The notes below the pieces were generated by a model. That model did no database searches. It saw nothing but the letters and a program-made list of their open reading frames with translations, and was not told the DNA's origin. A DNA stretch of 55,242 nt from an uncultured Bdellovibrionales bacterium (GTDB lineage Bacteria; Patescibacteriota; Minisyncoccia; Moranbacterales; GWC2-37-73), in the NCBI GenBank assembly GCA_964609855.1, contig CAZSTB010000008.1, positions 1-55,242 on the forward strand, read 5' to 3'. The translations under genes were made by a program, and so were the position numbers. Below, piece after piece: positions 41,071-50,373 of the stretch (position 1 is the stretch's first letter; each line of letters begins with the position of its first letter).

Positions 41071-41280
41071 ATAAAAGGTATTTATACCTCAGGGCAAACC
41101 TGTCTACCGATAGGCAGGCGGCAGGCAGGTTAAACCTATTTGATGTCATCATTTGTTCGACAATAAAAAATTAATTTTCAAATGAAACGAGAGAAAATAA
41201 AAATTTGTTTTTCTTTTCCGAGTGAATGCAGAAAATATGTAATCTTATTTTCATTTCACTCACTTCGCTTGATAATGAAA
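41071..41280 (-). repeat. MITE family A, copy 5 (rearranged), abutting the IS200 remnant
   Basis: ATAAAAGGTATTTATACC end; CCTGTCTACCGATAGGCAGG-CGGCAGGCAGG; TTCGACAATAA. Confidence 0.8.
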
Positions 41281-41598
41281 ACTACCGGCGCTAGCCGGTA
41301 GTTTCTGTCTCGCCGCCTATACAGGCGGCGTAGTTAGAATAGTGATGGTTGTTCCATTTTGCAAGCATCTTGAATATTCTTTTCATCCCCTGTTTAATGT
41401 AGTCATCTGCGAGTATTTTGCCTCGATACTTCGTTGTCCAGACTACATGGTATTTGCAGATATGAGTACAATGGCTAAGTTGGTAGAGCCTAGCGTTAAC
41501 CATAAGATAAAGTCACCTCCTTTCTAGACCATTGGTGGTGACTTTATGTTATCACTTGCTACGCTTTAAACGCACACACCGGCAAAGCTGGTGGTTTT
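41279..41598 (-). mobile_element. tnpA: Internally deleted IS200/IS605-family element with a tnpA 5' fragment (ATG at 41503)
   Basis: CKYHVVWTTKYRGKIL is a TnpA N-terminal motif; similar subterminal hairpins CACCGGC-AAA-GCTGGTG and CTACCGGC-GCTA-GCCGGTAG; no HUH or Tyr motif left. Confidence 0.85.
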
Positions 41599-41644
41599 TT
41601 CTTATAATTAAAAATGGAGTCAACAGTTGTTGACTCCATTTGAT

Positions 41645-42904
41645 TCAAATGATCATAGTTCCGATTTGGATGCAATCGCTTGCACCATGAACAGCCTTAT
41701 CCCTGCGTGCGGTAACCATCACATCGGCAAGCTTGCGATTGACATATTGAACAGTCACACGCATGAACCAGTCGTCTGATTCTTTCAGTTCCATCCCATC
41801 TTGCCCGCGCTCAAACCACGAAAAACTTTGCGGTTGATTGGAAACTTCTTCTTGAAGTATCCAGTTTATGCCAGTTTGGCACGCACGAGACAAGACTGTT
41901 TCAAAATCAGCATCGTCTGAAAACACGGTGCCTTTCATTCCGCTTGAGATCGATTCCTTGAGCACGTATCGCTTATCAAGCACGCGCTGCTGCGAAGCCT
42001 TGAGGCCCTCCGCCATCTTTCCGACAAGCACCGTTTCAGGAATGTGACGCCTGACAAGCTCGAGTGATTTTTCTTTGATGAAAGCGCCAAGAATTGATTC
42101 CAATTCCTTGTCGCCTGCATCGTTACGTAGCAGACCGAGAACACCCTTGGCTCCCAGAAATGGCTTCGGCGGTATTATGAACTGAACAGTGCCATCCTTG
42201 TACGCACTCAAGATCTTTTCATAAAGACCAGTGTTGTGATACAGAAAAGGCAGATCAAGAAACAAGCCGCTTGAAACAAATTCTTCGCATGCATCGAGCT
42301 CGGACATCAAAATGCATTCGATTCCGTTGGCTCTGAATTCTTGCTGCGCGATTTCAAACTCGGGAACATAAAACCTTTCCTGATCAGCATAAAACAATTT
42401 CAATGTGTCATGCCCCATCCGCCTGACTTCCTCGCAAAGAAGTTTCACTGTTCCCTCGAGAACATTGGCATCCGGATAAATAGCTTGGCGAAAACGTTTC
42501 CCCAAAGTTGAATAACCCAACCCATGTTTGTTGTGTCCATCGATTTCAGCGATGCGCAACTCGCCGCTGCGATCAACCATGAAATCGACTTTCAGCAGGG
42601 CTGGGATGTGCCTCACGTTCAAACCTTGAGTTTCCTGGTATATCATAGGAACCCCAGTTGAAAAAACCTTGCGAACCATCGACCAAGCGCCTGAATAATT
42701 GATGCTCTTGTCATATGCAATGACTGCGATATGAGAGAGTCCCAACAAGCAATCATACAGGGCAAAGCCGAGTTGCTGGAGTTCTTGTTTGTGCTTTGCT
42801 GTGATCTGATATGCGCTTGGCGAAAGCAAGAATCCGTGAGAGAGTGCCCGCTGACCTTCCCAAATCCGAGACTGATTGATGACCGCATTAAGTTTGCTGT
42901 ACAT
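41645..42904 (-). CDS. Glutathionylspermidine-synthase-like / permuted ATP-grasp ligase (likely start 42904)
   Basis: KVDFMVD...IAEIDG; LKESISSGMKG; WILQEEV; AAGGAG SD. Confidence 0.7.
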   Translation of the reverse strand: MYSKLNAVINQSRIWEGQRALSHGFLLSPSAYQITAKHKQELQQLGFALYDCLLGLSHIAVIAYDKSINYSGAWSMVRKVFSTGVPMIYQETQGLNVRHIPALLKVDFMVDRSGELRIAEIDGHNKHGLGYSTLGKRFRQAIYPDANVLEGTVKLLCEEVRRMGHDTLKLFYADQERFYVPEFEIAQQEFRANGIECILMSELDACEEFVSSGLFLDLPFLYHNTGLYEKILSAYKDGTVQFIIPPKPFLGAKGVLGLLRNDAGDKELESILGAFIKEKSLELVRRHIPETVLVGKMAEGLKASQQRVLDKRYVLKESISSGMKGTVFSDDADFETVLSRACQTGINWILQEEVSNQPQSFSWFERGQDGMELKESDDWFMRVTVQYVNRKLADVMVTARRDKAVHGASDCIQIGTMII

Positions 42905-43057
42905 TTTAGACTCCTTTTCTATTGTTAATGTGCAATTTGGTAGAAGCGCCGAACCATTCGGAGCTCCTGCATAAGTTTTTTGAAAAGTCAAAAAGCACAC
43001 ACAACAAATCCGAATGATTTATTATGCATATGCCAAGAGTAAAATTGTCGATTAGTA

Positions 43058-43489
43058 TTATTTTTCATAACTTTTGATTATTTTTTCCAATTCCCGAATG
43101 TCTGCGATCTCATAGTCCGCTGTTTGGTTTTCATCCTCAGGTTTTTGCATTTTAAATATTCCCTTTGCCACGCGCACCGTCACAAATCCAAGCAAATTGC
43201 CAATTCGAATCTCATCGCGAATACTGTCCCCCACCACCACAACCATTTTTGAATCAGCGGCAATTTCTGCAAAAATTCCTTCTGTTTTTTCATCAACGAA
43301 AAGCATCTCTTGAAAATATTTTTCAATTCCAAGCTCGCGCACTCTGTTTTTTCTTTCGGGTTCATTTCTGCTCACCAAAAAAAGTTCGTTTTCTTGAAAA
43401 AGTCTTTTGAGCAGATCCAAAACACCCGGATAAAGATCGTCGGTTTCAGGATCAAATATTGTTCTGTTGTAATCAAAAATAATTTTCAT
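43058..43489 (-). CDS. Minimal HAD-family hydrolase
   Basis: IIFDYNRT; VVVGDSIRDEI. Confidence 0.85.
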   Translation of the reverse strand: MKIIFDYNRTIFDPETDDLYPGVLDLLKRLFQENELFLVSRNEPERKNRVRELGIEKYFQEMLFVDEKTEGIFAEIAADSKMVVVVGDSIRDEIRIGNLLGFVTVRVAKGIFKMQKPEDENQTADYEIADIRELEKIIKSYEK

Positions 43490-43499
43490 AATTTATAAC

Positions 43500-43536
43500 A
43501 AAAAAACTGGCTTCGATTTAACGAAACCAGTTTTTT
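43500..43536 (-). terminator. Terminator 10 nt upstream of the HAD start (candidate attenuator)
   Basis: CTGGTTTCG-TTAAAT-CGAAGCCAG-TTTTTTT. Confidence 0.75.
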
Positions 43537-43553
43537 CAAAAGATATCTAAATA

Positions 43554-43634
43554 CTAGACAACTACATCAAAAAACCTGGCTTCGAGAGTTTGCCAGTGAT
43601 GAATCGATATTATTGTTGTCAGTTTCTTATTCAT
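43554..43634 (-). CDS. Candidate 26-aa leader peptide MNKKLTTIISIHHWQTLEARFFDVVV
   Basis: Short ORF ending just before the terminator; contains a hairpin sharing CGAAGCCAG with the terminator. Confidence 0.55.
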   Translation of the reverse strand: MNKKLTTIISIHHWQTLEARFFDVVV

Positions 43635-43726
43635 ATTTTTTATATTAGCCGCAAAATGCCTTATTGTCAACTTTCAATGACTCTTTCAATGACTCTATAC
43701 TAACCAGGGTGGTGGATAAATTCAAA

Positions 43727-43902
43727 TCACACCCGAGCAAAATGACGACTTGGTAGCGGAGGAATGTAGCCGACCGCGTGCCGCCTTTAGCTTTAGCGGT
43801 GGCGCAGAGATCTGCATTTAATATTAGATTTTGTAGATATTTAACTCAGATTCCTCGACTGCGCTCATCTCCCCTTGGTCGATTCACTTCGCTCGGAATG
43901 AC
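43727..43902 (+). repeat. REP-like family B, full copy
   Basis: Shares GACCGCGTGCCGCCTTTAGCTTTAGCGGTGGCGCA and CTCAGATTCCTCGACT with 3739-3886. Confidence 0.85.
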
Positions 43903-44044
43903 ACAGCAGCTACCATACGAAATAACAGAGAGTCCTTTCAATGCTCACAAGAACTATTGGGTCTTTACAAAAACAATCCAAATAAATACAATGAATAAAT
44001 AGTTCCTTGGCTGTTTGATCTAAAATTCAATTTGGGAGGGATTC

Positions 44045-44374
44045 ATGAATTTACGTGTCAGATTGATCGGAATTGGAATGCCAGGTCTTATCAAGACCAT
44101 TCACCGCTGTACACTCTTGAATGCGCGAGAACTGAACCACTTGCTACCGATGGAGCAGCTGCGAGAGCTGTTTCCTCTAAGCAACGGTATCAATTTCAAT
44201 TTTCAAGAGCGTGGCAAAATCATCATACAACCCGAACCGAAGATTATCACGCACCTTGACGGTAGCCCCATGTATCCTGACCAGCATTATCCCCTCGCAC
44301 TCGGGGATAGCAAGATAATCAGTATCAATAACGAATTACTGTTCCGCGCGCACGTTTTTAGCAGTTACTTTTAA
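44045..44374 (+). CDS. Hypothetical protein, weak FHA-like C-terminus
   Basis: SD; THLDGSPMYPDQHYPLALGD. Confidence 0.6.
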   Translation: MNLRVRLIGIGMPGLIKTIHRCTLLNARELNHLLPMEQLRELFPLSNGINFNFQERGKIIIQPEPKIITHLDGSPMYPDQHYPLALGDSKIISINNELLFRAHVFSSYF

Positions 44375-44427
44375 GCAGAAACATCCGGAGAAAAAACAAG
44401 AAGGGCTAGCGACGATTCGCTAGCCCT

Positions 44428-44661
44428 TTATTTCTTAATTACCAACACGCCGGATTCTTCCGCTTGAGCAAGATTTGCTAATCTTTCTTTGCACCGCTGT
44501 GCAAATAAAATGTTTTGTGAAATTCTCACCTCCCTTAGTTTAAGTGCTTCGCAAGCATTAGACATTAAATACTGATCCCAAAATGAAAGTGTTCCGGCTG
44601 TCTCATTTTTGCGAAAATCTTCTCGCAAAAACTCCAGATTATCCTCCGATTCCCATTCCAT
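44428..44661 (-). CDS. Hypothetical protein (start 44661)
   Basis: GGAGG SD before MEWES; shares a terminator with 44045..44374. Confidence 0.65.
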   Translation of the reverse strand: MEWESEDNLEFLREDFRKNETAGTLSFWDQYLMSNACEALKLREVRISQNILFAQRCKERLANLAQAEESGVLVIKK

Positions 44662-44727
44662 GGCCCCTCCATGAATATGCATTAAATTAATATTTGCACA
44701 TATTAAACATTTTGAAAAGTTTTAAAA

Positions 44728-44916
44728 ATAAAAGGTATTAACCTTGGAGCAAGCCTGCCTACCGGTAGGCAGGCCCCAAACCCTCTAGGTTTCCGCGGCC
44801 CGTCTCGCTTGAGGCTTGCCGAGGCGGACAAGCCGCGAGGCATTAAACCTTTTGATATCATCGCTCACTCGGAAATGAAAGCATGCTTTCATTTCGCTCG
44901 CTTCGCTTGATAATAA
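44728..44916 (-). repeat. MITE family A, copy 6
   Basis: Close match to the reverse complement of copy 1, plus CCTGCCTACCGGTAGGCAGG at 44754-44773. Confidence 0.88.
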
Positions 44917-44969
44917 AAAAACCTGGAAGCTGAGTAGCTTCCAGGCTGAATGCGTCGTCCAATCCCCAA

Positions 44970-45419
44970 TCAGGATTGATCGACAAATTTTTGCACATCA
45001 TCGATAAGAGTTCGGATGTTATCCCGTTCACTTTCCAGATCGACAAAGTTAATCTCGAGATATATGATACGCAAAAGCGTAATCAGATTTTTGCCGGCGT
45101 AATAATCAGCAGGCTTGTTCAGAAATTTCGAATAGATCTTGTTGATCTTTTCGATTCCCGGCGGAAGATACTCCACCTTAAACCCACGCATATTAATCTT
45201 TCCGGATCGCGCCGTTAAAATTTTCTCGACCCGAATTTTCTCCGCCTCCATCTCTGAGATAATCTTACTCATAGATTCCAGGTATCCAGCAACCTTCAAC
45301 TTTTCTTTAGTCACCCTCCTTGGGATGAACACGAAAAAAAGGTAGTACGCAGCCCAGATGTAGGCAGCGATGCAAATCGACATGTAGATTATCTGGCCCT
45401 GCGAAATATGCTCTTCCAA
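44970..45419 (-). CDS. Hypothetical protein with N-terminal TM
   Basis: TTG start; terminator CCTGGAAGCT...AGCTTCCAGG. Confidence 0.65.
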   Translation of the reverse strand: MEEHISQGQIIYMSICIAAYIWAAYYLFFVFIPRRVTKEKLKVAGYLESMSKIISEMEAEKIRVEKILTARSGKINMRGFKVEYLPPGIEKINKIYSKFLNKPADYYAGKNLITLLRIIYLEINFVDLESERDNIRTLIDDVQKFVDQS

Positions 45420-45451
45420 TTTAAGCCCCCTGTTTTTGTTTTTTGGTGAAT

Positions 45452-46738
45452 TTACTTTATCAAGAAATGAATCACGAGAGGTTCAAGCGAAAGCAGTTTA
45501 TCGCGCCAAGACATAACATCTTCCAAGAGGATATCGTCTTCCATTTTTTCCCACTCTTCATAAGAGTAGGTTCTACCATGCGTCATTATCTCATCTACCG
45601 CATCATCACAAACCACCACGGGTAAATTGAAAAAATTTCCACGCTTATTCTGCTGCTCATACATGCGACTAATTAAAAAATCCTCATTGATGCGACTTAA
45701 AACTTCAAGGAAAATCTGCTGGGCTTCTTCGAATTTTCCAGGCCTAAGTCCGCAGAAAAATGTAGCGATTGCAGCCTCATCACTATTTTTCGTGTCAAAA
45801 GACATGTTATATATCAAGCCTCTTTTCTCTCTTAACTCGTGCAGCAATGGAGAACTAAAGCCACTCCCCACAGAATCAACCAGAAATTCCAAAGGTCTCA
45901 TTTTTTCCCTCGCCAATTTAGGAAAAAAGTAACCGATATTTAGACTATTAGTCTCATAGCGCCTATCCTTGAGCGTAAACACTCCACCAGCTGGATTACA
46001 GGGAATTATGTTCTCCGAATTTGAAGGGCCGACCGTCATCTTGCCAAAAATCCTTTCCAAAATCAGCAGGGCATCACCGCGAAAAGAAAAGCTTCCACCG
46101 CAAATAATATTCGCATTTCCGGCATGATAATTCGCAGCGAAAAAACTACGAAGATCTTCTTCTGAAATTTTTTCAACATGCGAAGGATAGCCCCTGCCAG
46201 GAAAAAGCATGGGGTGATTCTTGCCGCACAAGATTCTTTTAACATGTTCGGTCGTTAGATCATTCCCAGTAATTCGATGCTCCTGAATTTCCCGCAGGAT
46301 GACATTTCTTTCTATTTCAATATCTTGCGGTGCTAAAAGCGGACTACTCACCATTTCGAACAATGTTTCGGCGGCAATTTCAAGTTTGTCCTGATGTATC
46401 TGCACCTGATATTGAGTGTGTCTCTTGCTCGTTGAGGCATTAATAAGCCCGCTGTTTCTAGAGATAGGACCAATCAATTCCTCTTTGGAACGATTGTTTT
46501 TACTGCCACGAAAAATCATATGCTCAAGAAAATGAGCCAATCCCTTGGCATCACAAGGATCATTGTGATGACCCACATTGGAAAAAAAGACTGAAAGAAA
46601 GCCTCTATAGTCAGTTTGAATTACCGGTTTTTGTAGCCACACCACAATTCCATTGCTCAACACGTGCCGATCGAACTGTGAAGTGTCATGCAAGCGACGT
46701 TTCCCATTTGCTCCAGCCAACATGCCCAAAGTTTCCAT
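45452..46738 (-). CDS. M16 (pitrilysin-family) zinc peptidase (likely start 46738)
   Basis: AHFLEHMIFRG (HxxEH); INASTS; LLHELREKRGLIY. Confidence 0.9.
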   Translation of the reverse strand: METLGMLAGANGKRRLHDTSQFDRHVLSNGIVVWLQKPVIQTDYRGFLSVFFSNVGHHNDPCDAKGLAHFLEHMIFRGSKNNRSKEELIGPISRNSGLINASTSKRHTQYQVQIHQDKLEIAAETLFEMVSSPLLAPQDIEIERNVILREIQEHRITGNDLTTEHVKRILCGKNHPMLFPGRGYPSHVEKISEEDLRSFFAANYHAGNANIICGGSFSFRGDALLILERIFGKMTVGPSNSENIIPCNPAGGVFTLKDRRYETNSLNIGYFFPKLAREKMRPLEFLVDSVGSGFSSPLLHELREKRGLIYNMSFDTKNSDEAAIATFFCGLRPGKFEEAQQIFLEVLSRINEDFLISRMYEQQNKRGNFFNLPVVVCDDAVDEIMTHGRTYSYEEWEKMEDDILLEDVMSWRDKLLSLEPLVIHFLIK

Positions 46739-46946
46739 GATATATTCCTCCGTATATGTAATTTTTAAGAAACGATTTTTGTCCAAAATTAGACTTTTAA
46801 TTATATAATAATAATTGATTTTGTCAACTGCAATGTCTTCGTAATCACGAGATTGAGTAATGCATGCCTAAAAATTTAAATAGGCACTTAAAAACACTTC
46901 TTGCGAAGTGTTTTTAAAATATTATCAAGAAGATATCGTGACGAGC

Positions 46947-47687
46947 TTAATCTTTTTTCTTAAATCCCTCCAAAGCCCTCAAAATTTCCATTGGCACTGC
47001 GAAAATAACAGTATTTGACTGATCAGAACTAAGGTCATTAAGTGTGCTTAGCGTTCTTAGGTGCAAAGCTCCATCAGCTGCACTTAAAACAGTAGCGGCT
47101 TTAGCTAGATTTTCAGCTGCAATAACTTCTCCCTCAGCCTTAATAATAACTGATCTTTTTTCCCTTTCCGCTTCCGCCTGTTTTCCGATAACTCTTTTCA
47201 TTTCTTCCGGCAAAGTAACATCCTTAAGTTCAACTGAGTGGACTTCAATTCCCCAAGCATCAGTAGCCTTGTCTACAATCAATCTGATCTTCTCTGCAAT
47301 TGCATCGCGATTCGAAAGCAGTTCGTCCAAATTAACTTCTCCCACAATGTTTCGCATAGTTGTCTGAGCCAACTGTGAAACTGCATAGAAATAATTTTCA
47401 ACTTCAATAATCACCTTTTCAGCACTCTTAACTTTATAATAAATAACAGCATTAACACTTACGGAAATATTATCTTTAGTGATAGCTTCTTGATTAGGAA
47501 CATCCACTGCCTTGATTCGCATGTCAATTTTTTGATAACTCTGAAACACGGGAACAACAATTCTCCAACCAGGCTCCATTGTTCCGGTATATTTTCCAAT
47601 AGTAAACTTTACCCCACGCTCATATTGATTCACTTGCTTGATCGAGATGAGCAAGATAAACAGCAGAATTCCAATTAATGTAAGCAT
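46947..47687 (-). CDS. SPFH/stomatin-like protein
   Basis: AITKDNISVSV; AQTTMRNIVG; QAEAEREKR. Confidence 0.93.
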   Translation of the reverse strand: MLTLIGILLFILLISIKQVNQYERGVKFTIGKYTGTMEPGWRIVVPVFQSYQKIDMRIKAVDVPNQEAITKDNISVSVNAVIYYKVKSAEKVIIEVENYFYAVSQLAQTTMRNIVGEVNLDELLSNRDAIAEKIRLIVDKATDAWGIEVHSVELKDVTLPEEMKRVIGKQAEAEREKRSVIIKAEGEVIAAENLAKAATVLSAADGALHLRTLSTLNDLSSDQSNTVIFAVPMEILRALEGFKKKD

Positions 47688-47759
47688 AGTTTTTTACTTA
47701 ATAAATTATTACCCCTATATATTAGCACCTTTTTATTTAAATACAACCCAAGTGCATAT

Positions 47760-48156
47760 TTATCCTGCTTTTAAGCTTATGAATTTTTTATTGATCAAAA
47801 AGGGAGATGCCACCTCCACGAACAAAACCAGCGGCCACACTCTTCCCTTAAGGATATTATAATCCGTCAGTAAAAATTCCCAAGATTTTCCAGTTGCCCT
47901 GCAGAGTCCAAATTCAAAAAACATTGTCATGATTGCCAAGAGTAATCCCAATGATCAGCAGTTCCTTATTATTAAAATAAACTTTCGATTTCTTCAAGGA
48001 AAATTGCACAATGAAAATAACTACAACTGAAAGCATTGCAGTGCTGACGATATGTCCAGCCTTTTCCCCAATGTAAGGATTTATAAGAAAAACTCTGACT
48101 GTTCCATTGAGAAAAGCCACAATGATAAGATCAAATAAAACAAAGGAAAAATTCAT
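47760..48156 (-). pseudogene. Frameshifted membrane protein gene (two overlapping ORFs)
   Basis: VAFLNG...GHIVST part and FEFG...W..LL.DYNILKGRVW part form one membrane protein; shift near 47945. Confidence 0.7.
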
Positions 48157-48164
48157 ACTTGTAA

Positions 48165-49148
48165 CTAATTCTTTAAATACTTCTCAACATTTGCCTTGTG
48201 CTCATCAAATGTTTTTGCACAATAGATTTGCTTTTTGCTGTCGTGGATATAATATAAGCAGTCAGTTTCTGTAGGATTAAGAACCGCTTCAATTGCATCA
48301 AGCCCTGGATTGCCAATTGGAAATGGGGGCAGTCCCTTGTATTTATAGGTATTGTAAGGAGAATCAATATTGGTTATGTCTGCTGATTTTATAGGTGCCC
48401 ACCAGCCAGCATCGGTTTTGCCTCGTGCATATTGAACAGTCGCATCAATTTCTAGATTCATATCCCGATTAAGCCTGTTCCATAGTATTCCAGCAATTAG
48501 TGGCATGTCATCTTTTCCTCCTGCTTCCCTTTGCACAATTGAAGCTAATTTAAGTCCAGTTGTCCATTTGATATTCTGTTGGGCAAACTGACTAACATAT
48601 GGAGCGAATTGCTCGTCAAAGCGCCGGGTCATGCGATTAGCCATATCGAATCCTTTCTCATCAACAGGAATAAGATAAGTATCAGGAAAGTATGTTCCTT
48701 CGATATAGTCTATTCTATTTTTAGTGTATTCCGTATTCCATTTATCAAGCTCTTCACTGCTCCAACCAAATGTATCCGCCAGTTTTTCACCTATCTGTTC
48801 TTTTCTGTAGCCCTCTGGAATAACAACCCATTTCATGTCAGGAGCTAATATGAGTTTTTCAGTCAGTTGCCAAACACTCATATTTTTTGAAACGTTGTAG
48901 CCTCCAGGTTCAATATTACCTTTCTTGAAAAATCGAACCATCTTAAATGCAACTTTACTTCTAAGCAATCCTTGAGTTTTTAATTTATCCAAGGTCTGAA
49001 CTTCGGTTTGATTGCGATTAACAATGAAAACCTTCTGTTCTTCCTGAGATTGAGGTGCACTGAAGAATAAGCGATGCGTCAAAAATAGTCCTGCAGTGAT
49101 AACAAGAGTTAATCCTAAAATAATGCCGAGTTTCTTTTTGGTTTCCAT
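48165..49148 (-). CDS. mltG: Endolytic transglycosylase (likely start 49148)
   Basis: IEGTYFPDTY; LASIVQREA; LEIDATVQY; SPYNTY...GLPP.PI.NPG. Confidence 0.93.
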   Translation of the reverse strand: METKKKLGIILGLTLVITAGLFLTHRLFFSAPQSQEEQKVFIVNRNQTEVQTLDKLKTQGLLRSKVAFKMVRFFKKGNIEPGGYNVSKNMSVWQLTEKLILAPDMKWVVIPEGYRKEQIGEKLADTFGWSSEELDKWNTEYTKNRIDYIEGTYFPDTYLIPVDEKGFDMANRMTRRFDEQFAPYVSQFAQQNIKWTTGLKLASIVQREAGGKDDMPLIAGILWNRLNRDMNLEIDATVQYARGKTDAGWWAPIKSADITNIDSPYNTYKYKGLPPFPIGNPGLDAIEAVLNPTETDCLYYIHDSKKQIYCAKTFDEHKANVEKYLKN

Positions 49149-49153
49149 AAATT

Positions 49154-49963
49154 CTAAAGTGTTTCTACCCACTTATCATCTACAAGTTTAAGTACAGACG
49201 TTCCACTAACTGGAATACCATCTTCATCAAAATACGTGACATGAATTGCAGTTTCCAAAGCAGAACCTCCTGCGAGTCCTCTGGATTTATAGTCACCTTT
49301 TCTTATATATGAATATTCCACACTACCATCTTCTTGAGCAATTTTTATTTCCCATAGATAAAGACCTTGCTCATCTTCAAGTTTACGGACATCTTCGTGT
49401 TTGTTTTCTCCAACCAATTTTTCAAACAATGATTTTACTTCCTCTGGAGTTGGAATATGTTCAGGTTTTTCTTTGACTTTAATATTTTCTGGCAAATCTT
49501 TAGCCGTAACTTCAATTATCATCGTGGGAGTAATTGATTCTTCGCTTCTACATTGCATACCTTCAAAATCATTGAATTTTTGCTTATCCAAAACATATAC
49601 TTTTCCTATCTTTTTTGTTGCTTGTTCCAGTAAGTTTTTTGTAGCTGAAAAATGTAAATCTTCCCCATCTACTCCGAAAGTACTTTCTAATTCTCCGATA
49701 ACATCTTTAGCATTAACAAGTGCTCTGAATATTGCCACGTCAGCATAAGGTGTAGCAAAAACAGCTGGAACGCCATCGGCTTCCTCTTGTCCTGTTTCCT
49801 TATTGCTATTGTATGCTTGCCTTGGTTCTAAAATATCAATGGAATCCAACGAGCCATGAAAAACAAAATTACCAGATTTTTCAAGCATTTTCAGTTTTTC
49901 TTTTGGAGTTTCAAGTTGTTCCTTTTTAGGTATTTCTTCAACTGGTGGTTTATCGAAATTCAT
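49154..49963 (-). CDS. Two-domain hypothetical protein; N-terminal domain resembles the ADP-ribosyltransferase fold
   Basis: VFHGS...LEPRQA...AVFATP...GKVYVL; second domain from HIPTPEEV. Confidence 0.6.
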   Translation of the reverse strand: MNFDKPPVEEIPKKEQLETPKEKLKMLEKSGNFVFHGSLDSIDILEPRQAYNSNKETGQEEADGVPAVFATPYADVAIFRALVNAKDVIGELESTFGVDGEDLHFSATKNLLEQATKKIGKVYVLDKQKFNDFEGMQCRSEESITPTMIIEVTAKDLPENIKVKEKPEHIPTPEEVKSLFEKLVGENKHEDVRKLEDEQGLYLWEIKIAQEDGSVEYSYIRKGDYKSRGLAGGSALETAIHVTYFDEDGIPVSGTSVLKLVDDKWVETL

Positions 49964-50083
49964 ATCTCAACTTTTACTGCTTATACATTGAGCATACCTC
50001 AAAAAGCAATTGCAATCAATAAAAAACGGTTAAGGAGAAATCTCCCTAACCGCTTATATTTTTGACAGTGCACAATTTTATAT

Positions 50084-50359
50084 TCAAGCTATAGGATAGG
50101 GGCTAAAATCACCGATGTTAACCGTGTGAAAGCAGCAGTTTGGGTTATCGAAGTTTATTACCGTAACAGGAAAAGTTTCCATATCCCACTTCTCCCTTTT
50201 CTCTTCAGTGGAGTGTAACTTTGTTGTTCTCCAACCTCCGCAGTTCGGACAGCCATCGCTATGAGCGAGGAACTCATGCCCACAATCATGGCATCTATCT
50301 GAATTACCGAGGAACATTTCCAAACGCATAATATCCCATAGTATTGATTGGCTAAACAT
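50084..50359 (-). CDS. Zinc-ribbon hypothetical protein (likely start 50359)
   Basis: GGAGGTG SD; CHDC...CPNC. Confidence 0.7.
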   Translation of the reverse strand: MFSQSILWDIMRLEMFLGNSDRCHDCGHEFLAHSDGCPNCGGWRTTKLHSTEEKREKWDMETFPVTVINFDNPNCCFHTVNIGDFSPYPIA

Positions 50360-50373
50360 AAGTGACACCTCCA

